Of a stretch of 64,000 bases of DNA, positions 47,701 through 57,814 are shown piece by piece. This DNA is from Syntrophales bacterium (GTDB taxonomy: Bacteria > Desulfobacterota > Syntrophia > Syntrophales > UBA2210). The translations under genes were made by a program, and so were the position numbers. The stretch spans positions 1,120,001 through 1,184,000 of the forward strand of contig CAXXNF010000001.1 in NCBI GenBank assembly GCA_963666365.2, written 5' to 3'. Within the stretch, counting starts at the first letter, position 1; every line of letters begins with the position of its first letter. The notes beneath the pieces were generated by a model, which was not told the origin of the DNA, searched no databases, and saw only the letters and a program-made list of their open reading frames with translations.

Positions 47701-49917
47701 GTTGCCGTCGTCGGATAGCAGATTGAATAAAAGGGTATTTCCGGTAAATCCTTCGCTTGCGAGGGGTGCCACAAAGAGAGAAGGCGGTGTGATGTCGAAA
47801 GAAAGGACAATTGGTCCGCTTTTATACTGCCGGTCCTGGGGATCCCAATAGGAGAAGTTCACCCATTGCTCGCTGGTATATGAATCGGAAACAGAGAAGG
47901 TATACTCTATCTCTTTCCATTCATAGAGATCGTGGTCAAAACGGATCGTCCGCGTACCTTTCGGTGACTCCCGTTCAAAGGAAAAGACGGCGGCCTCGGC
48001 GCCACCGGCCGTACTTTCGGGGACCGTCAAGGTCGATTTCACCGCCACCTCCCCCATCTCGACCCTCACATCTGTGAGGGGATCGCCCTTTTCATTCTGC
48101 ACGGTTCCTTTCAATAGCTGGAACTGTGTCAGGAACATGCCGCTCGGATTGGTGGCGTAGTTGAAGTCATCCGTGCGCGATCCGTCATGGTGGAAAAGGA
48201 AGCTTCGCGGCGCGTAGTAGGGCGCTCCCTTGTCCAGCTCTAGCTGCGTGGGAACGGGGGGGATATATTCGAGGCGGTAATCGCCTTCAGGCACATTCTC
48301 GAAACGATACACCCCATCGGATGTCCCGTCGTTTGCCGTATCTATGTAGCAGGTCAGCGACTCGCCGCTTGAGGTTTCCCCGGTCAGACGTACGCCTATG
48401 CCGTTTATGTAGCAGCCGGACCCGCAGGGATTGGTGATGACTCTGCCGATAACGGTCCCCCGCGGCGCACGAGCATACACCCTTTTTGTGACGACATTGT
48501 TTGAAGTATTGTAGTCTGCCAGGGCGTAAATGGAATTTCCGTATGAATCGGTTCCCCTGAGCTCTATATAGCCTACCCTGAACTCCAGAGTGTGCATCCC
48601 CTCCGTAAAGGGCCAGGAAAAGCTCCGCAGGGTATAACTTTCGTTGGGCGCCAGGACGATGAGATTTCCGTCGTTGTCTTCCAGCCGCCTGTCAAGAAGA
48701 TCCTCTCCGAAGGGGTCGTGGGCGTATTCTCCGTCGATCTTGATGGTGTAGACGAAAGAGACCGTGTCCTCCGATGCCCGTTCTCCCAGGTTGGTAATCA
48801 TAAAATTGACGCCGGACCACTCGCCGCTGTAAATGGTCCCTTCGGATCCGGGGCTATAGACGATATCGGTCACAGCCATGTCGGGGAGAAAGGGTCGATC
48901 CCTGATGGGCAGAGAGACGGAAAGGTCCTGATCGCCGCCTATCCTGAAATCGTCGGTGACCTTTTTGTAGAAATCCGGGTTGTGGAGCGTCTCCGGGGTC
49001 GGGCAGTTGTAGTTCAGTATGTTGTCTGCGGCGCCCTCGGCAGCGCTTACGGTGTTCGGCATTATGTCAAAGGCCAGCGGTCCCACCAGTGTCAGCTCTA
49101 TCCCCATGGTGCGGTACAGATTGAGACTGTAGTGCACTGTAGGAGAAAGGGTAATGACTTCGTTTCCCGGATCGTAGTAGGGGCTATCGTAAGGGTCCTG
49201 GGGTATGTATATAAAGAAGGGCTGGGCGTTTTCCACGCCGAAACCGGTAAACTGCACGGGGCCGTTGTCTCCCAGCGTCATCCGGACATAATTGCCTTCC
49301 ACCACAAGCTCGCCGGCCAGAGAAAGGCTGGCCATGTCGATGCCCTCCCCCAGGGTGCTTATGACCGAACTTGCCGCCTCTGATACCGTGCCAATCATTT
49401 CACTCAGGGGAAATGCCGAACAGTCCAGATAATCGATGCCGCACATCACCTCCGATCCAAGGGGCATGGGACCTTCCGTTGCGATATTCATACCGAAGTC
49501 ACTACCTATACCGGCGAATTCCTCTTCAAACCACCAGTCCCTGAAACTTATGCCGAAGGATAAGCCGAAGTTTGACGACAGCTCCGTGAAATCGGGATCA
49601 TCGTAGGTTTCGATCCATGCCCTTCCGGCGGCCTGATTGCCAGCATAGAGATCGGTGGAATTGCACTCCAAAATAAGTTTTGCCGAGTAGGAAAGGGCCA
49701 CCGGCGTGTCGCCGGCGCTCAGATATCCCTGCGCTTCCGTAACCAGGGCGATGATCGGGAACCACCCTGTACTCAGGTCAATCCCATTGGCATCGGCTCC
49801 CTGATAAATAAAGCGAAGGGGTATTTCCTTGTGGATGTCGTAGGCCTGTACACAGGGCGCAGAGATTATCAGGCCGACAAATACAAAAACCCATAGTCTC
49901 AGGCGGTAAAAGCACAT
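44734..49917 (-). CDS. Giant secreted protein (1,727 aa) with CARDB/Ig-like repeats, an InlB-B-type repeat and a dockerin-like C-terminus
   Basis: Signal peptide; PDMAVTDI...NNV; repeated DxAGN...DxTAP Ig modules; GKGSGSV...FSGWSG...VTATF; GDVDNSGAVDLSDAV...LGLEEIVYILQ. Confidence 0.88.
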   Translation of the reverse strand: MCFYRLRLWVFVFVGLIISAPCVQAYDIHKEIPLRFIYQGADANGIDLSTGWFPIIALVTEAQGYLSAGDTPVALSYSAKLILECNSTDLYAGNQAAGRAWIETYDDPDFTELSSNFGLSFGISFRDWWFEEEFAGIGSDFGMNIATEGPMPLGSEVMCGIDYLDCSAFPLSEMIGTVSEAASSVISTLGEGIDMASLSLAGELVVEGNYVRMTLGDNGPVQFTGFGVENAQPFFIYIPQDPYDSPYYDPGNEVITLSPTVHYSLNLYRTMGIELTLVGPLAFDIMPNTVSAAEGAADNILNYNCPTPETLHNPDFYKKVTDDFRIGGDQDLSVSLPIRDRPFLPDMAVTDIVYSPGSEGTIYSGEWSGVNFMITNLGERASEDTVSFVYTIKIDGEYAHDPFGEDLLDRRLEDNDGNLIVLAPNESYTLRSFSWPFTEGMHTLEFRVGYIELRGTDSYGNSIYALADYNTSNNVVTKRVYARAPRGTVIGRVITNPCGSGCYINGIGVRLTGETSSGESLTCYIDTANDGTSDGVYRFENVPEGDYRLEYIPPVPTQLELDKGAPYYAPRSFLFHHDGSRTDDFNYATNPSGMFLTQFQLLKGTVQNEKGDPLTDVRVEMGEVAVKSTLTVPESTAGGAEAAVFSFERESPKGTRTIRFDHDLYEWKEIEYTFSVSDSYTSEQWVNFSYWDPQDRQYKSGPIVLSFDITPPSLFVAPLASEGFTGNTLLFNLLSDDGNRATASYNYRIYSGITKVGSGTWVSFQHGDSEDMAAAVADVAALADGAYSLVVDVKDRAGNVASSEAIEFVKDTTAPSIAVVLKDPTSGSAESTGCKRVDVEITVNNSETGRLAVELSNDQADWSDPVYFTGTFVTIPSWKILENDVYMGAKTVYARVTDLSGNRGTGSDSISVDTTGAVVLNRGATYVNSPSQIPLELHITPPDGNLRYVENTYGDVLVLGGSEGILYRAQEIDLSEALSFNVIKLNIFNIVGAPGSLHVKLVTERDDADPSCEEYELAHWSAPVDEVRHSMGIYNGRYVLFLQTPIALATGTYSLLVYAESGDGDNYYEISAGNANTLYGGHGSLSYEYTDGTWGITPETVVGEGVPTLSFEIWDSSTGEIRIARDGVLDTEEWGSYLFPMGTQYVDFTGSGVHTVCVEYRNASNTAKNGVYCDAICVDATVPAVTAAIGSIDAKNHTFYLHLSASDGESGLEAISWRVAGGEWSPYVPYSDTLKIEDPPPCRTLEIKVVDSAGNERIVAVGVDKDIYPPAIKAFTIGDGSGFTRTPEATLHIEVTDNFDITRIKWYEEVTGTVFDPVEAMSKESYVNDCSVSIPPFVIGENNVILDGTYRFYGIAEDSAGNLSPACKAAIILDRTAPVITSCYLTSVAGAPVTTSSQVVMHLDAYDAIGPLSMRYRFSDGTWAEWQTIASGKHRLSLEGPLPLPSQYELFCEVRDGAGNRASAHALIEANRAPSVPDSSGGSPSGVAFSTAPQLMGPLFVDADGDALAASWFVIRLITEVDGAIQEVIVHNTGILSGTDSWIYTVPEGVLTCDNDYPATYSWTVRYQDSFGQWSPWSAPTYFTLREPVLTVHVAGKGSGSVLSQGGEIDCGGGSDCSETYSPGQSVTLSAITGMDAFFSGWSGDGCTGTGLCSICMDSDKTVTATFVIMGDVDNSGAVDLSDAVLSLKVCTDSALLGTLITASVNNDNCLGLEEIVYILQKIAALR

Positions 49918-50385
49918 GCCCCCTCCTTTTCATTCGATGTCCGAAAAGTCTCGCAGAACCCGTAATTTCGTGATACCGGCAAAAGTCGGTGTCCGGTGTT
50001 TTTTTAGAGCTGTTGTCGATCGCCCGTCGCCTGTCCGGATAGGAATTTTTACACGCGTTTAGAATATCCGGTGAAATAGCATATGATTTTTTTATACGCT
50101 CTGCAGTGTAGATCCGCAACAGCAAATACACGAAACGGCCGGGCACTGTGAACTATCTCATAGGGTCAATTCCCTCGACAAAAAGGGCATATCGATGCTA
50201 TTATCCAATTCCGCTGAACCTACCGGCATCTTTAAACGCACTACCAGCGCAATACCGGTCTGCCGCGACGCAACGCCATGATCAAAAGCCTCATGTGCCG
50301 CAGTGAGAGGAAAGGCACAGGGAACAGTGCCATACAATTGCAGCGGTAAAGAGATTTTGAATACTTGTAGGAAGCAATCGAAGAA

Positions 50386-52242
50386 ATGGACGAGCTGTCA
50401 TCGACATTTGATCTTTTGAGGGCAAGATTTTCAGACTACGAGGACAGGCAGGAACAACGTGAAATGGCTCTTGAGGTCATGCGGTGTCTCAGCGACGGAC
50501 AGGATCTTCTCGTCGAGGCGGGAACGGGCGTGGGAAAGTCTTTTGCCTATCTAATTCCTGCGATACTGTCCGGGCAAAAAACGGTGGTGTCCACCTCGTC
50601 ACTGGCACTTCAGGAACAGCTGGTGAAAAAGGATCTCGTCTTTCTCAAGAAGATGCTGCCGGGGCGCTTTTCCTTCGCCGTCCTCAAGGGAAGAAACAAC
50701 TACCTCTGCCTGAGAAAGGACCGTGAATTCGCCGGCCAAGGAAAACCCTATGAGCGGTTCTGCCGGTGGCGTGAGAAAACCAAAACCGGAGAGAAACAGG
50801 ACCTTTCCTTTAATCCTTCCTTCTGGCCGGAGATTTCCGGCGACGCGCGGGACTGCACCGGCAGGCTCTGCTCCTTTTTTGATGCCTGTTTCTATTACCG
50901 TCATTGGCGGCGGCTTTACCAGCGGGATATTGTCGTGGTGAATCATCATCTCCTTATCTATGACGTCCTGTCGGATTTTCACGTGCTCCCCTTCCATGAT
51001 CGTCTGATCATAGACGAAGCCTCCGACTTGGAAGAGGTCATCTCACAGGTATTCGGCAGTACGCTGAGTTTAAGCCGCACGTCATGGCTCCTATCCCGTC
51101 TCAAGAGTGTAAAGATCAACGTTGATAAACTTTTCCCGATGGCGGAAGCGTTCTTCACCGGGCCGCCTTCATCAGGAGAGGCTGTTGCACCTGTCCCTCC
51201 GCACTTGACAGAGGAACTGAAGCGTTTTCGTGAACGATTAGATTTGAAAAAGGTTATCTCCGCGCTGGAAACGCGAAGGGAATGGACCACTGACGAAGAA
51301 TTGCGCGAAGGGCTTGAAAAAATAATCAGCATCACGGCATCTTTTTCCGCCGATCTGGACGACTTTATCACCCAGAACGACCGCCAACGGGTATTTTATG
51401 TCCTGCCAAGGGGAAAAACCCTTGAATTTAAAAGCAGTCTTATCGAATCAAATCAGGCCTTTACCCATCTTTGCGCCGCCTATCAATCAGTAGTTCTGAC
51501 CTCGGCAACGCTGGCGTCGGGAGGCAGCTTCTCCTATATCAAAAAACGGCTGGGAATCGACGGGTTTGCGGAAAAGATCGTTGCATCTCCCTTTGATTAC
51601 AGGCACAAAGCCCTCCTCTACATCGACGGCACGCTGCCGGAGCCGGAAGGCGGCAGCGACGAAATTTTTCAGCACAAGAGCCTGGCCGTCATAGAAGAAC
51701 TCGTGGAGGCCTCACAGGGACGGGCGCTGGTGCTCTTCACCTCATACCGGCACCTTTACTATGCGGCCGCCCACACAGTTATGTCCTACCCCTTCAGGTC
51801 GCAGGGAGACATGCCGCCGGCCAAGCTTATCAACTGGTTCAAACAAACCCCCCACTCCGTTCTTTTCGCCACGGCCACTTTCTGGCAGGGGATCGACATC
51901 AGGGGAGACGATCTCAGTCTCGTGATTATCGTACGGCTTCCTTTCAGTTCGCCGGGAGATCCGCTCTACCAGGAACGCTGCAAACGGCTCGGGAACAGAT
52001 GGTTTCGAGAGCTTGCCCTTCCTTCGGCCATACTCTCGCTCAGACAGGGGTTCGGACGGCTCATTCGCAGTTATGAAGACAGCGGTGTGGTCGCCATTCT
52101 GGACAGGCGGGTGGTCAAAAGTTCCTACGGCAGGAAGATTCTGGAGTCCCTTCCGCCCGCACCCGTCACCTTTGCCATTGAAGAGGTGAAACGTTTTTTC
52201 GATACACTGCCGGAGGCGGTGAGAAAAAATTCCACACAGTAA
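50386..52242 (+). CDS. dinG: DinG/YoaA-family ATP-dependent DNA helicase
   Basis: EAGTGVGKS, KGRNNYLC, Fe-S cysteines, VVVNHHL, IIDEA, LTSATL, FWQGID and QGFGRLIR. Confidence 0.9.
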   Translation: MDELSSTFDLLRARFSDYEDRQEQREMALEVMRCLSDGQDLLVEAGTGVGKSFAYLIPAILSGQKTVVSTSSLALQEQLVKKDLVFLKKMLPGRFSFAVLKGRNNYLCLRKDREFAGQGKPYERFCRWREKTKTGEKQDLSFNPSFWPEISGDARDCTGRLCSFFDACFYYRHWRRLYQRDIVVVNHHLLIYDVLSDFHVLPFHDRLIIDEASDLEEVISQVFGSTLSLSRTSWLLSRLKSVKINVDKLFPMAEAFFTGPPSSGEAVAPVPPHLTEELKRFRERLDLKKVISALETRREWTTDEELREGLEKIISITASFSADLDDFITQNDRQRVFYVLPRGKTLEFKSSLIESNQAFTHLCAAYQSVVLTSATLASGGSFSYIKKRLGIDGFAEKIVASPFDYRHKALLYIDGTLPEPEGGSDEIFQHKSLAVIEELVEASQGRALVLFTSYRHLYYAAAHTVMSYPFRSQGDMPPAKLINWFKQTPHSVLFATATFWQGIDIRGDDLSLVIIVRLPFSSPGDPLYQERCKRLGNRWFRELALPSAILSLRQGFGRLIRSYEDSGVVAILDRRVVKSSYGRKILESLPPAPVTFAIEEVKRFFDTLPEAVRKNSTQ

Positions 52243-52352
52243 ATACCCTGAGGATATGATATCATCATCCGTAAAGCGGCTTTTTCCCCTTCAGGAACTG
52301 TGATGCTATTTAGATGTTCATTCTTTGAATTGAACTTTGGAGTGTAATAGAC

Positions 52353-54149
52353 ATGTTTCGCATCCGTCGCATCTATGATGACACCCTTCCACGGGATCAA
52401 CGGGCCATCGTCCAGGTTCAGGCCATTCTTCGCACCCGTTTCAAGGCCCTCAACGAGCAGGATATCGCGAAAACCACCCGCCAGTTGAAGGACCCCCTTA
52501 AATATCGATTCCGTTCGATTCTCTTTGTGGCCGAAGACGCAAAGGGGGATGTGAAGGGCTTTGCCCTGCTTCAGCACGCCCCCGACGTGGGATTCTGTGT
52601 ACTCGATTATATTTCCATAGAATCGGAGCGGGCAGGCCGTGGGGTGGGCGGCGCCCTCTACGACAGAGTGCGGGAAGAGGCGGCCAGTCTTACCGAAATC
52701 GGGCTTTTTTTCGAGTGTCTTCCCGATGATCCGAAGCTCTGCAGGGACGAGGCGGAACGCGCACAGAGTCGACGGCGCCTGAAATTTTACGAACAGTACG
52801 GCGCCTATCCGATTATCGGCACGGCCTATGAAACCCCCTTTAGACCGGAGGATGACTGTCCACCCTATCTTGTCTTCGATCCCCTGGGAAGGATCGTGTC
52901 GCTTTCTGCAGATATCCTGCGAACCATCATTTATGCTATTCTCACGAGAAAATACGGAAAGTCCTGTCCGCCGGGATACATCGACATGATCCTCCACTCC
53001 GTTGTCGACGACCCCGTCCGTCTCCGTGCACCCCACTACAGGCGGACTAGTCCCGCGGCGCCTGTTCACACCACGAAATCGCTCGAAAAACGCATCGCCC
53101 TGGTAGTGAACGACAAACATCTGATCCACCATGTCCATGAACGGGGCTATGTGGAGGCGCCTGTGCGAATCGATCGCATCCTGGAGGGCATAAAGGATCT
53201 CAAGGTATTCGATCGGATCAATCCACGACATTTTCCAGAGCGTCATATCAAGGCGGTGCATGCAAACCGCTATGTGGAATATTTCAAACGGATGTGCATG
53301 CATATGAAGCCGGAGGAATCCGTCTACCCCTATGTATTTCCGATCCGGAACAATGCCCGCCCGCCGAAAGAGATGCCTGTCCGAGCGGGATATTACTGCA
53401 TTGATACCTTTACCCCCCTGAACCGAAACGCCTATCTCGCAGCCGTGCGTGCCGTGGATTGCACCCTGACGGCGGCCCATGCGATTCTGGAAGGCTATCG
53501 CCTTGCCTATGCCCTGGTGCGCCCGCCGGGGCACCATGCGGAACGGAGCGCCTTCGGAGGGTTTTGTTACTTTAATTCCTCGGCGGTAACGGCGCATTTT
53601 CTTTCTACCTATGGAAGGCTCGCCGTTCTCGATATTGATTACCACCACGGGAACGGAACGCAGGAAATTTTTTATGAGCGTCCCGATGTGCTGACGATTT
53701 CCATCCACGGTCACCCGCATTTCGCCTACCCCTACTTCAGCGGTTTCCCCGCTGAACGGGGAGAAGGGACAGGGAAAGGCTTCAATATAAATTATGCCCT
53801 TCCGGAAAGCCTTGAGGGTGCAGCATATACAAAGGTACTTGAGAAGGCATTGAAAAGAATCACGCGATTTCGGCCGCACTTTCTCATCGTTGCTCTGGGA
53901 CTGGATACGGCCAGGGGAGATCCTACGGGAACATGGAATCTGCTGCCGAAGGATTTTCATACAAACGGCCATCGCATCGGATCGCTCCGCCTTCCCACAA
54001 TTATCGTCCAGGAAGGAGGCTATCGGACCCGCTCGCTGGGGTTAAACGCCCGCGAGTTTTTACGAGGCCTCTGGGAAGGGTTTCAGGGCTTCTCTTCCGA
54101 AAAAAAAGATAAGCGGATACCCTCACCAGCACAGAAAGGATCACCATAA
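52353..54149 (+). CDS. GNAT acetyltransferase-like domain fused to a histone-deacetylase-family (acetylpolyamine amidohydrolase) domain
   Basis: N-terminal LDYIS...AGRGVGGALY...RLKFYEQYG; C-terminal RPPGHHA, GGFCYFN, DIDYHHGNGTQ, LGLD and QEGGY. Confidence 0.9.
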   Translation: MFRIRRIYDDTLPRDQRAIVQVQAILRTRFKALNEQDIAKTTRQLKDPLKYRFRSILFVAEDAKGDVKGFALLQHAPDVGFCVLDYISIESERAGRGVGGALYDRVREEAASLTEIGLFFECLPDDPKLCRDEAERAQSRRRLKFYEQYGAYPIIGTAYETPFRPEDDCPPYLVFDPLGRIVSLSADILRTIIYAILTRKYGKSCPPGYIDMILHSVVDDPVRLRAPHYRRTSPAAPVHTTKSLEKRIALVVNDKHLIHHVHERGYVEAPVRIDRILEGIKDLKVFDRINPRHFPERHIKAVHANRYVEYFKRMCMHMKPEESVYPYVFPIRNNARPPKEMPVRAGYYCIDTFTPLNRNAYLAAVRAVDCTLTAAHAILEGYRLAYALVRPPGHHAERSAFGGFCYFNSSAVTAHFLSTYGRLAVLDIDYHHGNGTQEIFYERPDVLTISIHGHPHFAYPYFSGFPAERGEGTGKGFNINYALPESLEGAAYTKVLEKALKRITRFRPHFLIVALGLDTARGDPTGTWNLLPKDFHTNGHRIGSLRLPTIIVQEGGYRTRSLGLNAREFLRGLWEGFQGFSSEKKDKRIPSPAQKGSP

Positions 54150-54375
54150 GAATGGAGGAGTCCGTTGTGTCCAATGGTCGTGCCGCATCTTCCAACTTAT
54201 GTTTTTTTTAATTAAAAACTTGACTTTTTATCACTGCACATCTACAAATTAGCAAAGTTACTACGATATTAATCCTACACGAATACGAAGGCGGATCAGA
54301 ATCGCAAAGGGTTTTGTATCCCTTCGGCAACGTCTTAAGAAGTCGATTTTTTTCATTTTGAAAAATGCACAGGCC

Positions 54376-54405
54376 GGGGAATCTTTCATATTTGAAAGAT
54401 TCCCC
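54376..54405. promoter_or_regulatory. Perfect 13-bp inverted repeat in the adh-aor leader
   Basis: GGGGAATCTTTCA-TATT-TGAAAGATTCCCC. Confidence 0.5.
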
Positions 54406-54492
54406 TCTCCGAACAGCATGGTGGAAGCCACGTATCTTGACTGTATGAGATCATCAAATATGAGTTTCTGACCAAAGAAAGGGGGTAGATGT

Positions 54493-55764
54493 ATGAGCTA
54501 TTGGTTTCAGGATGAGGGTTTAAAGGGTCTTTTGCCTCTGGCGACATCCACTTCAATGAAAGGACTTACCACCTTCTTCAATATCCCGAGCCTCGTCATG
54601 GGAGCAAACGCCCTGCCCGAGGGCATGGTGATCGGGCCGTCGGTAATAGATTTTCTGGGTTCCGTCTGTACAAAGAAGAGGGCGTTCATCGTAACCGACG
54701 AAGTATGCGAAAAGTACACGAAAAAAGTGGTAAACTCCTTTTCAATGGGGGGATTTACCACCACTGTCTGGAACAAGGCGCTACCGGAGGCGCCCCTTGA
54801 CATCGTTCAAGAATGCAGTAAAGAGATGAATAAATTTGAGCCCGACCTCGTGGTTGCCGTCGGAGGGGGGTCGGTTATGGACGGCGCGAAAGGCGCCTGG
54901 GTGCTCTATGAACGGCCGGATATTACGGACCTTCGCACACAAATCAGCCCCCTTGAACTTATTGGGTTGAGGAAAAAGGCCTTTTTTGCGGCAATTCCCA
55001 CCACGAGCGGGACGGGATCCGAATGCACTCCCGTTGCGGTGCTTCATGATACGGAAACACATCGAAAGATTCCCATCGCAGGGGGAGAACTGGTGCCCGA
55101 TGCAGCCATCCTGGTGCCCGAGTTCACCATGGGAATGCCGCCGAAGATCACCGCCGGGACGGGCCTTGACGCCCTGGCTCACGCGATAGACGGCATTATG
55201 ACTCCCGCCGCCAACGAACTTACCGATGCCATGGGGCTGGGAGCAATCAAGCTGGTCTACAAATTTCTTCCCCGCGCCTACCGCAACGGAAAAGATCGCG
55301 AGGCCCGTCACAGGATGCAAGTGGCCGCCTGTATGGCGGGCATCGGTTTCGGCCAGAACAGCGCCGCCCTTACTCACAGCTTCGGCCATTCTCTCGGTTC
55401 CATGTTCGGAATCCATCACGGCCTTGCCGTGGGAATCTTCATTCCCTATTCGCTGCAATACTACAAGACGGTTTCTGACCGGCACCTGGAAATCTGCGAC
55501 GTCCTCAAAATACCCGAGGGCTCCGATGAGGCGCGCCTCGATATGCTGGTGGAGAAGATCCGTGCGCTTCTGCGTGAACTCGACACACCGCTCAGTCTGA
55601 AGGATCTGGGAATCCCGGCCGACAAATTCCGGGAAGTGATGGACGAGCTTGTACTGTTCACCACCGAGGATATCGATACCTTTTTCAGTCCCCGGCCGAT
55701 TACAGCGGATCAGTGTGTAAAAATCTTCGAATATGCCTATGACGGCAAGGACATAGATTTCTAA
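54493..55764 (+). CDS. adh: Iron-containing alcohol dehydrogenase
   Basis: AVGGGSVMD, IPTTSGTGSE, GLDALAHAI, HSFGH and HHGLA. Confidence 0.92.
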   Translation: MSYWFQDEGLKGLLPLATSTSMKGLTTFFNIPSLVMGANALPEGMVIGPSVIDFLGSVCTKKRAFIVTDEVCEKYTKKVVNSFSMGGFTTTVWNKALPEAPLDIVQECSKEMNKFEPDLVVAVGGGSVMDGAKGAWVLYERPDITDLRTQISPLELIGLRKKAFFAAIPTTSGTGSECTPVAVLHDTETHRKIPIAGGELVPDAAILVPEFTMGMPPKITAGTGLDALAHAIDGIMTPAANELTDAMGLGAIKLVYKFLPRAYRNGKDREARHRMQVAACMAGIGFGQNSAALTHSFGHSLGSMFGIHHGLAVGIFIPYSLQYYKTVSDRHLEICDVLKIPEGSDEARLDMLVEKIRALLRELDTPLSLKDLGIPADKFREVMDELVLFTTEDIDTFFSPRPITADQCVKIFEYAYDGKDIDF

Positions 55765-55775
55765 GGAGGGAAGCG

Positions 55776-57602
55776 ATGAAGGGATATCATGGACGTTTTC
55801 TGAACGTCGATTTAAAAAATACTACTACGAGCGATATGCCGCTTGCCGAGGAAGACCTCAGGCAGTTCATCGGAGGCGCGACTCTTGCGGCAAAACTGAT
55901 CTACGACCACGTCACAGGAGATATGGACCCGCTGGGGCCGGAAAACCCGCTGGTCTTTGCAACCGGACCCCTGACCGGTACACCGATTCCCATGGTAAGC
56001 CGGTTCGCTGTCTGCGGAATCTCGCCGCTCACAGGTCTCTGGGGAGAAGCCACAAGCGGCGGTTCGTTCGGGTTTCGCCTCAAGGGTTCTGGCTACGACG
56101 GCATCTTTTTCACGAATGCCTCCGATGCACCGGTGTACCTCTATCTCGATAAAGATGTAGCGGAACTGCGCGATGCATCGCACCTTTGGGGAAAAGACAG
56201 TTATGAAACACAGAAGATTCTCTTCGAAGAAGTGGGTGAAAAAGGTGTCAGCATTGCCTGCATCGGTGTGGCGGGCGAAAAGATGGCGAGGACGGCAAGT
56301 ATCCTTAATGACGAAGGACGTGCCGTGGGACGATGCGGCATCGGCGCTATCATGGGTTCGAAAAATCTGAAGGCGGTGGTGGTTGCGGGAAACCAGCGGG
56401 CGCAGATCGCCGACCAGGGAGCGCTGAGAGCGGTGATTAAGGAGGTTATGGATGTCATACGGGGCAATTTCATCTCCGTTGCCTTCCGTGAATACGGAAC
56501 CCTTATGTACATGGACATGGGCATGACGCTCGGTGACGTGCCGGTCAAATATTTTCAGAAAAGCATTTTCCCCGTACAGAAATTAACCGGACATGCCCTG
56601 AGGCAGAACTATGTCGTGGAGAACTATGCCTGCATGGGCTGTCCCGTAGGATGCGGCCGCACGATCAAGGAATTTCACGGGACGGAAACGATCGACGGTC
56701 CTGAATATGAGACGGTGGTCGCCTTCGGACCGCTCTGCATGAACTTCGACTGGGATTCGATCATCCGCGCAAACCAGATGTGCAACGCCCACGGCATTGA
56801 TACCATATCGGCGGGCGTCGCCATCGCCTACGCCATGTATCTCTTCGAAAAAGGGGCCTTGACGCGGGAAAGGGCCGGTATGGACATCAACTGGGGCGAC
56901 AGTGAAGCCATTGTAAAACTTCTTGATATGACTATCAAGCGCGAAGGCATAGGCGACCTTCTGTCCCAGGGAACCCTGGCCATGGCGAAAGAATTCGGCC
57001 GCGATCCCGGTGAAGCGGCGCAGGTCAAGGGCATGGAAATGCCCATGCACGACGACCGGGCCTTCCACGGCATGGCAATCTCCTATGCCACCGGTCCGCG
57101 GGGCGCCTGTCATCTCAAAGGAGATTATTACAACATAGAGCTGGGAAGCTTCATCGCAGAGTATATGCTGCTGCCAGGCGATCGCTTCTCATCGGTGGGC
57201 AAAGGAGAAGCAGCGGCAAAATACCAGAGTTTCAAAGACTTGTTCGATTCCCTCACGCTCTGTAAATTCTCACCCATGACGCCGACGCAGATCTGCAAGG
57301 CATTGACGGCGGTGACGGGTGAGAACATCACGCCGGAAGAGCTGCTTCAGGCCGGCGATCGTTCGATCAACATAAAACGAGCGATAAGTAATAAACTAGG
57401 GCTTACCCGGGAAGGGGACAGGGTGCCGAAGATCTGTCTTGAACCGCTCGATGAGGGAAGCGCCGCGGGATCCGTTCCCGATATGGATCTCATGCTCAAG
57501 GACTATTACGCCTATCGGGGCTGGGACTGGGAAACGGGACGGCCTTCGAAGGCGAAGCTGGAAGAACTGGGACTGAAGCAGGCGGCATCGGATCTGCATT
57601 AG
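55776..57602 (+). CDS. aor: Aldehyde:ferredoxin oxidoreductase (W/Mo-pterin AOR family)
   Basis: SPLTG, GAIMGSKNLKA, CMGCPVGC, GPEYET, GIDTIS, RGACH and DSLTLC. Confidence 0.93.
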   Translation: MKGYHGRFLNVDLKNTTTSDMPLAEEDLRQFIGGATLAAKLIYDHVTGDMDPLGPENPLVFATGPLTGTPIPMVSRFAVCGISPLTGLWGEATSGGSFGFRLKGSGYDGIFFTNASDAPVYLYLDKDVAELRDASHLWGKDSYETQKILFEEVGEKGVSIACIGVAGEKMARTASILNDEGRAVGRCGIGAIMGSKNLKAVVVAGNQRAQIADQGALRAVIKEVMDVIRGNFISVAFREYGTLMYMDMGMTLGDVPVKYFQKSIFPVQKLTGHALRQNYVVENYACMGCPVGCGRTIKEFHGTETIDGPEYETVVAFGPLCMNFDWDSIIRANQMCNAHGIDTISAGVAIAYAMYLFEKGALTRERAGMDINWGDSEAIVKLLDMTIKREGIGDLLSQGTLAMAKEFGRDPGEAAQVKGMEMPMHDDRAFHGMAISYATGPRGACHLKGDYYNIELGSFIAEYMLLPGDRFSSVGKGEAAAKYQSFKDLFDSLTLCKFSPMTPTQICKALTAVTGENITPEELLQAGDRSINIKRAISNKLGLTREGDRVPKICLEPLDEGSAAGSVPDMDLMLKDYYAYRGWDWETGRPSKAKLEELGLKQAASDLH

Positions 57603-57636
57603 TAAGCCGACAGATCACAGAGAACGCTACCGGCCG

Positions 57637-57676
57637 TGCCGGGCATGTGGAACGCACCACTGCCCGGCATTTTTTT
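57637..57676 (+). terminator. Rho-independent terminator of adh-aor
   Basis: TGCCGGGCA.../TGCCCGGCA followed by T7. Confidence 0.75.
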
Positions 57677-57814
57677 CTGTGTTCACACGAGAAGAGTATG
57701 GTAATACTCACCGTAATACATCCGGGTATCATCACTACCATGGTTTTTGAATGACATCCCCGGTTTTATTAAGTTTCTGCCGCTGCGACCCTGAAGGGAA
57801 ATGCTGCCTTTGCT

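Noticed and set aside
50160..50385. Possible structured RNA upstream of dinG
   Set aside because: No convincing long stems or known motif could be identified by eye.
52125..53972. 615-aa minus-strand ORF
   Set aside because: Antisense shadow of the GNAT-deacetylase gene.
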